Shown here piece after piece: positions 39,094 through 50,379 of a DNA stretch of 64,000 nt. This DNA is from Gnetum montanum (lineage: Eukaryota > Plantae > Gnetophyta): positions 6,414 to 70,413 of the forward strand of contig MNCI01000326.1 in NCBI GenBank assembly GCA_015680685.1. Direction: 5' to 3'. The notes beneath the pieces are model-generated. The model saw nothing but the letters and a program-made list of their open reading frames with translations, was not told where the DNA came from and made no database searches. The stretch's first letter is position 1; every line of letters begins with the position of its first letter. Made by a program: the position numbers and the translations under genes.

Positions 39094-42000
39094 ATGGATC
39101 ACCTTTCCCAAGCACAGATCACCATGGAATCATCCCAAAAATCTAGCACAAGCACCTTCATAGTCCCCACACAAGAACAGTATAACTACATCTGTGTCAA
39201 GATTCAGGCCAACCTTCCCATTGACCACACAAAACAAGAGGCAAAATGAGACTTCGAGCACATATACATGGGAGTTCATGAATTCATCCCCTCTGTATAT
39301 GACATCATCCCCATTTCTGATCCTCATCATAGGCTCATCTCCCAGCACCTTCTTGCAAGAAGTCAAAACACACGGTGACCCAATGAGGATCCCCAAAATC
39401 AACATGATGTAGATGACTTTGAGGCACAATATGAACATAAGGATTCATACCACACCCTCAGTCCCCATGCCTACGTGAACCCATCACTTCATCCTCGCAT
39501 GGGACAGATAGCCACTCACCAAGTGTCAACAAGCACACAAGCACCAGTATCCCAACTAAGATTGCCCACCCCTATCTCCACCCAATACATACCGCATGTG
39601 CAAACGCATGGGGCCACTTTCACTACATCAGACCTACACATCCAGGGTGTCACTTCATAGTTTGTGGCTAGGCAAGGCACCATACCCCTTGTTCAACAAC
39701 CCACTCACTTCAACGTGCCACACCCCACAACCATAACTCTGAACATTGCTCCACAGCAACAAATGACAACCCAACAACCTCCCCAACCAACTAATCTACC
39801 TACCACTCAAGAGTGGGCAGAAGCCAGACAAATGATGCAAGCATTAGCTGAAGAGGTAAAGCACCTCAGAACGGCAAACACTGAACAAGTTAAAGTACTA
39901 GACTTCTACCACGATGATCCAATTAGCTATTCAGTGCCACCGTTAGCTTTGCCCAAGGGAATCACACTTCCACAGCTAACCAAATACAATGGGAAGGGAG
40001 ATCCAAATGCTCACTTAGTCACGTTTCGATCAGAAACTCTATTTCTTGAAGCTTGGCCCCATGCAATCTTGCGCGTGTTTGCTATGTCCTTAACGAGCGT
40101 AGCTTTGGACTAGTACTGAGCCTTACCTCGTAACTCCATATCCTCTCTTGAGAATCTTATACACATGAAACAAGGTGAAACAAGCACCACTTCAGCTTGT
40201 GAAAAAGTTCATCCAACAATGGAGTGTATCCCTTAACGAACTTCATGAGCCCATCCCTGAAAAGTATTTGCTTATGATTCTGAAGGGAGCTGTGAATGGC
40301 TTCATTAAGTCAAAAATGTACTACCTAAGTGCTAAAATGTTGAGCCAAGCATTCACATAGATCAAGAACATTGAACAAGCTGCACAAACTAGCAATGACC
40401 CCGCCTATGTGGCTTACAAGAACCAACACATTTCCAAACAACAGACAACAACAGAAACTATAGCCACAAGCACAAAAACAACAAACACCAGTACCAACCT
40501 ACCTATGAAAACAAGGGCCACCTTAAGGTCCAATTTTCAATGCAAGGATCGCTCTAAGTACACACTGCTACCTGCGCGAACTTTCGAACTACTAGAGAAA
40601 CTTCTTAAAGCTGGGAAAATTCAATACAAACACGTAGCGGAGAATGCTCACTGTCGACATGATAGGTACTGTGAGCTACTGAGAAACCCCACCTTAGCAG
40701 TAGCAAATGAGCCCCCGGTTCCATGACATTTCAAGTTAGACCAATTCTTCCATTACCACCAGATGTCTGGTCACAATACCAACACTTGTCGTGCTTTAAA
40801 GGATTATCTACAAGTAATGATAGAACGGGGCCAACTGAACGTCAACACCCTGAATCAACCCAGCACAAACGATGCCTCCTATTTCATAAACTCCATTAGC
40901 ATAGATAGTAAGCCTAAACCTGTGCAGCAACCTATTGTGATTCATGTGCCTCCTAGCAAAGCAACAATTCCCTCCGCCTCCACGAGCAAGAGGCCTCCCA
41001 TCGTCATCAAGGTGACACCTAGAGCACCAACGAAACCTTTTGTGGTCAAAGTACCACCACCTCACACACCCACTAAGACGTTAAACTGGACAAATGCAAT
41101 GCAATCCCAAGCACCGAAGACACCCTTTGTGGTCAAAGTACCACCACAGTCGTCCGCTAAGACGTTAAACTGGCCTGTTGCACCAACGATAACAACAAAG
41201 AAACCTTTCATTATCAAGGTGCCACAACAGGCTAGTCAAACAACAACAACACCTCCTAAACTCCCATTTGTCATAAAAGTGCCACCACATGATGGCCCCT
41301 AACTTACCCTGAGCCCAATGGTAGGAAACGTCTCAACCTCTCCTCCCTCAAGAGTCAACCTTGCCAAAAACATAAATAAGCCTACCAAATGGCAGCAGAA
41401 GAGGACAAACTAAGAACAAAAAACACCCATAGCTGAAACAAAGGACACACCTAGTATACAAAAACTGAACACTGGGGGCCTTGCCCCTAATCCCAAACAA
41501 AGCAGGCCCAAGCCCTCAACCCATATAGAGGGAACCAATACAATGGCAGATAACATAGACTCTGTAGCTACACTGGCCTAGGTGAAACAAATGCTCAAAC
41601 AAAAGAACACAGTCATGAGCTTGTACGATCTGGTTATGACATCATCAGCTCATCACGAAGCCTTAGTGTAAACGTTAGCATCCATTCCTATTAAAGAGGA
41701 CATCCCTGCTAACATGGAATTCATCCGTGCAACAATTTCACAACACACACCATAAGGATTGGGTTCAAACACCTTAGCCTTTCATGATGATGCAGTTAAA
41801 CGTAACCCTAAATGAGGGGAAGTCACAATANAGAAAAATTCCCCACTAGCGCGGAATTCACTGTCATAAAAGAGATGCCCAGTTTCAACATGATTCTTGG
41901 TTGACCTTGGCTAGCACAACAACGAGCTATTTCCTCACCGATACATCAAGAAATATGCCTTCCATACGAAGGTGGAAAAGTCATTATACATGGCAACAAC

Positions 42001-42270
42001 ACTCCCTTTCAAGCTGACCACAACATAGACATGTTACAGGTCTTGAGAGAGGAGCCTCTTGAAGCAACACCCACAACAACAAACACAACACCTAGAGCTA
42101 AAATGCCCGAATGAGGGGTAAAAACTGAAAGCCTCCCAGAGAAAACTAGCATGCCTCCTAGACCATGTCTGACTCAGAAACAATTGCATAATCAAGACTC
42201 CCCTATGGCCAAGGACACGTCTGATCTCCGTCCACTCTTCACCTTTGTTCGTTGTGCATACGTCACCTTA
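39094..42270 (+). pseudogene. gag-protease of D
   Basis: LPQLTKYNGKGDPNAHL, FAMSLTSVALD, zinc knuckle YHQMSGHNTNTC, FNMILG.PWL. The protease catalytic core is missing at the N at 41831. Confidence 0.88.
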
Positions 42271-43912
42271 GTTTGTATTGTATTAGCTTACGCGTTCTCT
42301 CATGGCCAGAAAAGGCCTTAAACTAAACCATGGCCTGAAAAGGCCTTAAACTACCACCATTTCACATTATTTTCTATTTATTGGTGCATTTCAGTTCATG
42401 TTTTCTGCAGTTGCTATTTGATATTGTTTTCTCTAGTAGCTTTTGTTTATAGGATCATACAGACGCGCACGCATGCATCCACATAGAGCAGTCCTAGCAT
42501 CATGACCTAAAAATGATACCATAGAATGTCCTGATGTCATGACGGTAAATCGACACCATAGAGCTCTATCCGACATGACACTAAACTGTCACACTCATTC
42601 ACCAGAGTCCGCTAAGACTATAAACTAGCTTGCCTCTTCATAGTCCGCCACGACTATAGACTAGCATCGTACCATCTGCTACAATGATAAACTGGAAACG
42701 TCCAATGGGTTATGACGTAAAAATAACCCATGATAGTCTGCTAAGACTATAAACTAGCTAGATTATTTCTAGCACATTCATCTGCTACTATAATTCATGA
42801 CATTTCTTCATCAATGCCTGCTGCATCATTCATCACACCAGCTCTGACAACACTATTGCTGCTCATTTTGTTTGCCTTAAGTTTCACATCGTGCCTCCAT
42901 TTGCATTAGTGACATTCATGCCTGAAGTGTTCACTAACTGATTCACTTGTGATTTTCTTGTCTTCTTTGAGTTGTGTTTGCAAGATGACACCCAGTGGTG
43001 CTCGTACACGGATATACTTCATCACAGTGACAAGGTGCCACATTGTTTCGGACGCACGCAACCAGGTTAATCAATCTATTCAAAAGTACATTTCCAATTC
43101 CCAATACATTCTCTATTTTCCCAACACTCTTGTTCCCTTTCCTACCGAGATACAATTCCCAGATACACCTAGTACACCCCAAAACTTTGAGCACAGTGTT
43201 ACACGCTGCGACACTCTCAAGCAACTGCAACACACAATATGGAGCATGAGCATGACTGCAAAATTGAAAGAAAGCTCTTTCCAAAAAACAAAGATACAAA
43301 ACAAAAAAAAGAGATAAAACACAAAAAAAAAGAGGAAAAAAATCAAAGAAAAGAAAAGAGCAAAGAGCAAAGAGCAAAATGAACCACAAGACCCTTGGCA
43401 GTTCCCATAAGCCTCAGGCGGGAAGGTAGTTGTCTTGGAAACAAACACTTATGTCTCAAAAGCTCAAATAAGATCTCATTGTGTAGCTTTGGCTCCATGC
43501 CAATAGGTTCTCTTTAACACCAAACAAGGGGCCTGTTCCTCCAGAGAATGCAACCCACCATCACGCGGCCAACAAGTCCTCTTAAACACTAAACAAGAGT
43601 CTTGTTCCACCAAAGGACGCACATCTCATGTCTTGATTTTGAGTCTACTAAACAATCACCATTGACAAGGATCAGCATGACTTGTATACACACCAGAGCA
43701 TCCCCTTTACTATGCACAATCCCTTGATCAAGTCCCAATCCCCACAATTTTTATTTCCCTTTCCAGCTATAAACTTCATTTCCCCTATCCCATGTACTAC
43801 TGAACACGGTGCGATGACATCTGGCCAAGTGTCGAAGGACAATGCTACTAAGTTTCATGTGGTGTTTTGTACTTCTTTGTCGATGCTTCTCAGGTTGATT
43901 CCTCCAAGCATC

Positions 43913-43928
43913 AATAAAGAGGGGCCAA
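43913..43928 (+). other. PPT of D (AATAAAGAGGGGCCAA)
   Basis: Abuts the 3' LTR. Confidence 0.85.
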
Positions 43929-45812
43929 TGAAAGACCACAAAATTCTAAGCTTAGTACTTCTCCAACAAGAATCGAGCTAAGTCATGATGCTCCCTAGCA
44001 TGACTGAAGCTTGAGAGCCTCACAGACAGCTTCAAGCAGAGTCAAACTCAACAAGAAATGGTTCCTTGGGATCCACAGAAGACTAAAATGACATCTGACA
44101 TCAAACTTGGCAAATCTTAAGCTCAAAATACTTGGTTTTCAGTAAGTATGCATACTATATGCTGGCCTATACATGCCTAGCATACAACAAATTTTGGGCC
44201 CCAAAAATGAGTCAAAACATGCTAGAATTGAGTATCTAAACCCCCCAGGACCTTCTCCAAGATCCCCAGTAGCTCTCAGGAACTTGAAAATCAAATTTTG
44301 GGCTCCAAATGATGGTCTTTCATTCCTATACGACCAGCGTGTAGCCAGCATACAGCAACTTTTGGGCTCCAAAAAAGAGTCAAAACATGCAAGAATTAAG
44401 CATCTGGACCCCCCAAGACCTTCCCCAAGGTCGCAAGTAGCTCTCAGGAACCCAAAAATCAAGTTTCAACCTTGAAATGATGCACTTCCATGACCTGTAC
44501 GTTGAGCATATGTACTCTGCACGCCCAGCGTGCAGCCTAGTGTACACCACCAGAAATAGCCAAAAACAGGCACCAAACAGTGATATTTTTACCTAAAATT
44601 AACTTCTGAAGGTAGGGAAACTATTGGAAATCATCACAGGCACCTGAAAATCAAGTTTTGACCTTAAAATGAAGCATTTTCATCTATGTATGCTGGGTAC
44701 ATTTTTGGTGTACGCTGGCATGTTGTACGCTGGCATGCTGTATGCTGGCATCCTATACATTGGCATGTTGTACACTGGCATGCTGTATGCTAGCATCCTG
44801 TATGCTGGCATCCTGTACACTAGCATGCTGTACGTTGGCATCCTATACGCTGGCATGTTGTACGCTGGCATCCTGTATGCTTGCATGTTGTATGCTGGCA
44901 TGTTGTACACTGGCATCCTATATGCTGGCATGCTATACGCTGGCATCCTATACACTGGCATGCTATACGTTGTCATCCTGTACGCTGGCATGTTGTACCC
45001 TGGCATCCTGTACACTGGCATCCTATACGTTGGCATCCTGTACGTTGGCATGTTGTATGCTGGCATGCAGCACGTTGTACAATTGTAACATATCCTGCAC
45101 TCGTTCAATGCACCACCTGTCTCCCGATCCAAATTTTTCTCACCTTACAGCCACTCATCTCCTTCTAGATCTGAATGTAATGCCCAAGATCTAATAAAAA
45201 CCTAGAATTTTTCACTGGATGAAGTGGGCAATTTTGGGGCAAACCAGAGACAAAAAGAGAACCAAAGACATTGAGAAATCAGAGAGAGCAAAGAAGAGAC
45301 CCTGTACACTGGACCTTAACCCTACACACTGAGAATACAACCTTCATGTTGTGCCTATAGTTAAACCAGTACACAACCTTCCTTGCACATCCACCGGGGC
45401 TCTTCGTCCGCCTTGTGTCAGATTCACAACTGTGTTAGACTGGTGCATTGTAACTTTCAGTCTAATAATACTACTATCACATCTATTTTGCTAAGATTTG
45501 TTACAGTTTTTCGATAATTATTTCATGCTTATTACTTATTTTTCTGTACATTTACACTCCTATACGCTTACGCTCCTATACGTTTATGCTCCGTTTTACA
45601 TTAGTTGCGCTGTTTATGTATAACCCAGCGTACAGTATATCGGTGTACGTTCGGGGAAATCCTTGCCTGATTTGCATGCGGACCACTCAAGGTACTCTGC
45701 CTTTGTTAATTCCAGCTTGCCCTCAAGCGAAGGTAGGGTCTTCAATGCATGTCCAGGGATCTCTAGGTTTCTATTTCATTCCAATCGGAGACCGACGATT
45801 TCGAACAGTACA
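43929..45812 (+). repeat. Element D 3' LTR (extra ~170-bp unit; 15-mer array x24 at ~44709-45067)
   Basis: Repeat of the 5' LTR with copy-number differences. Confidence 0.93.
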
Positions 45813-45817
45813 ACAGG

Positions 45818-46775
45818 TATTGTAAAACCTTAATTACTAGAATGGGAACCAAGGATCCTTAGTGCAAATAGTTCCTCAATCCCAAAGCCCCAAGGGCTTC
45901 ATGATAAAAATGGGATTCGAGGTACCCTAGTTAGTCCAATAGATCAACTAGGGAATTGAGAGATGAAAAATGTAGAAATATGAATAGATTTGAATAATGC
46001 ACAAATAATTAATTTATATTTGAACAAAAAACTAAAAAATTAGAACTTTATTAAGAAAAGAATAAAAATAAGTTAGAGAAATGTATATAAATGGTGCTTG
46101 GATGAGCAAAATAGGGGATCCACTTGTACAAGAGTTCAAAGCCCATTGAACCCAAGACGATCTACTCCATGATTTGGGTGCCAAGCCACTCTTTAGGGTA
46201 TAGAACCTCCCTTTACTAGTACAGCCTTGGATCTACAATTTGGGTCACTCAAGGATATAATGCTTCCATGCTAGGGATCAAGAGAATGCAAGTATGGGAA
46301 CTTGTAAGAACTATTGAGTGCTTGAAAATGCCCCAAGTGTGGAGTTGTGAAAAATGAGTGTAAATTGCTTTTGTGGCCAAAATTTTTTGAATGTTGTAAA
46401 AAATATAGAACCATGAGAAAAATTGCTAGAACCTATAAATGATGTTGGAGTTTGGCTATTATAGGGTCTTTGGGCCATGAATGAAGATACAAATTGGCTA
46501 TGATTTGGCTGCAAAATGGCTATAAAAATGGCTATAAATTTGATGTAATTTTTCTAAAAATTGGTTGCCAAATTTAAGTGAAATGAGCATCCAAATTTGG
46601 GAGGTTACTAAACATAGTAAGTGATTCCCCCCATGGCCATTCTATTTACTAAAAATAGTAACCAAGGTACCCCTTCCATGCTATTGATGAATCTTCCACA
46701 TTGACCTCTCCACCATGCTTGTTGAAGTGGTTGGTAGCTACTAAATTAAGGTCCATGCTTATTGAAGTGGGTATG
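45818..46775 (-). repeat. Element E 3' LTR (partial)
   Basis: Matches 59920-60480; left part resembles the FG LTR at 63833-64000. Confidence 0.75.
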
Positions 46776-46789
46776 CCAAAATGAAATAC

Positions 46790-49571
46790 AATTTTATCTA
46801 GGATAAACTTGAAAAACTGTTAAAATGTGATCTTTCTTAAGGAAATATATTCAATCCACTTGATAAAGTATTTCGTTGTGATGATGATGAAGCTATGTCA
46901 TATAGTAGATTTAGGCATTATGGGTTCAATGATATCCAACTACCATCATTGAAACAACCATGTTATTTAGGTTGTATGCAACTTAGTTGGTGATACATGT
47001 ATCAAGTTTCTATATTTTTGGCATGTGTCACATCACTTAACCTTTTGCAGGAAATCATTTTTCATATTGGGCCAATAGTATCCTAACCATCTAATCTTAG
47101 CGGCCATTGCACTATGTCCTATATGTCCACCACAAACACCCTCATGAACCTCCTCTAGGACTATTCTATCTTTGGTTTTCCCTAAGCACTTTAGGAGTAT
47201 ACCATCATAGGACCGTCGACATAATGTATTATCACCTACGATAACATACTACTTCAACTACTTATGTATGGCATCCTTCGAAGAACTAGTTAGGCCCTAT
47301 TAAAATTCACCATGGATAAGGTAAAAATTAATATCATCATAGCACTCCTTGGAAGGAGTAGTATGAACAATGACAATAAAGGTATCCTCCATGTTTTGTG
47401 TAATGGGGGTAGCCTAGTCCACAGTTAATATGGGCAACTTGCTAAACACTTTTGACATCACACTAAGGGCTAATGTTGCAATTACATTAGCCATGGAATT
47501 TTTGTTTCAAGGTATGTCTTGAATATCAATGTCTATGAATTGTTGTAATAATTAATTTCCTAGGTCAAAATAAGATTGTAAGTGCTTAGCTTTTCATGCA
47601 TAGACTTCAGTTACTTACTTAACTATGAGTTGTGAATTGCGTTTGATGGCTAGACATCTATTTCCTAGGTCACGAGCTACCATAATTCCTCTAATCAAAC
47701 ACTCATATTTTTCTATGTTGTTGGTACATGGGGACCCAAAACGATAGGCAAAGGATTGGATTTCACCAGATGAAAATGTTATGATGGTAATAGCATTGGC
47801 CCCAAGGGTAGTTGATGCTTCGTTGAAGTTCATGACCACTTCATAATCCTTGGGCACTTGCCTAAATATGTTAATTTTTTCATTAGGAAACTTAAGATCT
47901 ATGGCTACTTGGTCATGAAATATTGAAATTGTGAGCTGTATGGCTATAGATTGATCTTTTGTTAAGGATTGAGACATAATGGAGGTCAAACTCTATGGTT
48001 ATAACTTTCCATTAAGCTATATGTCTACTTTCATAGATGTTTGTCATTATGGCTCTGAGTATGTTGTCCTTGCAAATTATGTTGACTTGGCTTCTAAAGA
48101 GGTAGTATATTCATTTATTCATAGACAAGACTAGTGCTAGACAATGCTTTTCCACTTCAGTGTATCAGGTCTTGTGGGCTACTAATGCATGGCTAACGTA
48201 GTATATAGGCATTTCTTCTCTATCATCACATTTTTGCCAAGGTAAAGAGGCAATGGATGTATCAGAAATGGTGAGATAAATGTAAAATGATTTACCCTCT
48301 TGTAAAAGATAGACTATAGGTAGCTATGTTAATTCTTGCTTAAGGTTTACAAAGGCTTCTTTGCATTGAGCCATCTAGTCATAGTAAACTCCTTTCTTAA
48401 GCAAGTGCTGCATGGGATGTAACTTATCTATAAGCCTAGCAATAAACCTATGAATAAGCTATTATCTAGCTTGTAATCCTTGAAGCTCTTTAAAATTGGT
48501 AGGTGTTGTCAATTTAGATGTGGCCTTATCTTTATTAGGATCTATGCATATCCTTTCCTTAGAGACCACAAAGAGAAGCATCTTACTAGTCTTGACAACA
48601 AAGACACACTTCTTAGCATTGAGACTAAGCTCATTTTTGAGGCATCATTTAAGAACAAGCTCTAGGTCATTGGCATGATCATTGGCTATTTTAGACTTCA
48701 CAACTTTTTCCTCAACATAGTCATTAAGCAAACCTAACATGTAATCACTAAAGATATAGGTCATGGATCTCTAGTATGTTGCTTCCATGTACTTAAGGCC
48801 AAAGGGCATCATGGTATAACAAAATGTACCCCATGGGATCATAAATGTTGTGCTAAGTTGATGCTCTAGGTTGATACTAATATGGTTATATTCTAAGAAT
48901 CCATTCATAAAGGACAACAAGGCATGTTTTCCTATAGTATCGATAAGTTGATCAATACTAGGCAAAGGAAAGTCATCCATGATGGTGGCTTTATTTAGGT
49001 CTCAAAAATCAATGCAAATATGGATACTTTCATTTTTCTTAAGTACTACCACTATGTTAGATACCCATTATACATAATCAATAGCCCTAATGAAATCTAC
49101 TTTGTAGAGATTTTTGATTTCATCATGGACTATGAATGCCAAATCTAGTCTAATCTTGCATACTTTTTGCTTAACTAGTCTAATGCTAGGATCTAGTGTG
49201 ATATTGTGCTAGACTAGGCATGGGTCTAAGCCTAGCATATCTTCATATGACTAGGCAAATACCTTAATTTTATTTTTTAAGACTTTAGTGATGTCTTGGA
49301 CACATTGAGGCTCTAGTAAGGAACTTAATTTAAAAGTTTTCTCCTCACCACTATGTGTTATGATAGGAACCTCAACTAAAGGGTATTTAATTATGTCTCA
49401 TGCTTCTATGTTAAGGGTTTGGACTATTTTTTCAAGGCATTCTAGAGGTTTTTCTATTAAGTCTATGTGGCCTACAAGACTCTCAAGCTCAAAATTTAGG
49501 AAGTCATTGTTGATACACCATTTAACATCACCATGAGGTCCATGTAGACCGAAAGGCAAACTGATTTGCTC
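46790..49571 (-). pseudogene. pol of E: RT-RH-aRH-INT(N-terminal/core, truncated)
   Basis: FA*SYEDMLGLDP, DDFPLPSIDQL, WGTFCYTMMPFGLK; aRH CTNNIEKYECLI...NSQLIVK after RH; INT HEGVCGGH and YFIKWIE. Confidence 0.9.
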
Positions 49572-50379
49572 CTAAGTACTCATACTTTGATGTTGCATAT
49601 CAACCAAAAGCATATTAAGTGGAAGGTGGATAAAAGTGAATCAATAATGTTAAAATTTCATGACACATGCAAATTTAATGTAATCAAGGCCATCCAAGGT
49701 CATCAATGAGATAATGTTAATTTGGAAAAGTGCAATTGAGGTGAACAAAGATGAAACAAGGGGAAATATTAGGAGTAAGGGTACAAATGATTACTAAATA
49801 TCACAATTTCACCAGTTTAAGGCCTTAGCAAGCCATGGTCATATGGTGTCAAACGATGGTCAAGGAACGTGAAACCCCACTATTTGATACCATTTAAAGG
49901 CCAAAAAAGGCAAATAGAGCTATAATAAGATAATCAAAAAACATATAGACTTGTATAGAGGCCATAGAAGGTCAACTATGTCCATAAGGCAATATAAGTC
50001 TTAAAAAATAAGTCACAAACCAAGTAAAGTAGGCCATATATGATAAACTTTGGTTAATATAGGTCAAAAATGATTACGTTTTGCTAGTTTTATTCCTTAG
50101 GGGCCATGTATTTAGGATACAATGCTATTAGGTGAGTTCAAACATTAATTAGGGTTGTTTATGGGCTATCTAGACCAAAAAATCAAGTTCTTTAAGGCTT
50201 CCACGATAGGCTCAATGTTGAAACAAGGATCCTTAGTGTGGAGAATAAGGAAAATATATTTTGGAATATTCAGAGGTCCAAAATTACAGTTTCTCCCAAG
50301 GTAGCTTAGGGTCAAATCCATCAAAATTGGGCTCCCTGGGGGTCTATCTATAAATGGAAAAAAATAGTTTTTGAAGCCT

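Larger units (their letters stand above)
37151..45812 (+). mobile_element. Element D: younger non-autonomous Tat/Ogre-like LTR element (gag-protease only)
   Basis: TG...CA termini; perfect TSD ACAGG (37146-37150, 45813-45817); PBS and PPT present; no RT/RH/INT recognisable; CpG retained. Confidence 0.93.

Noticed and set aside
42943-43448. Hydrophobic F/L-rich minus-strand ORFs
   Set aside because: They arise from the A-rich tract in the D 3' UTR.
42460-43930. Hammerhead or twister ribozyme (retrozyme) in non-autonomous D
   Set aside because: No CTGANGA/GAAA core or twister consensus found by eye; an Infernal search would be needed.
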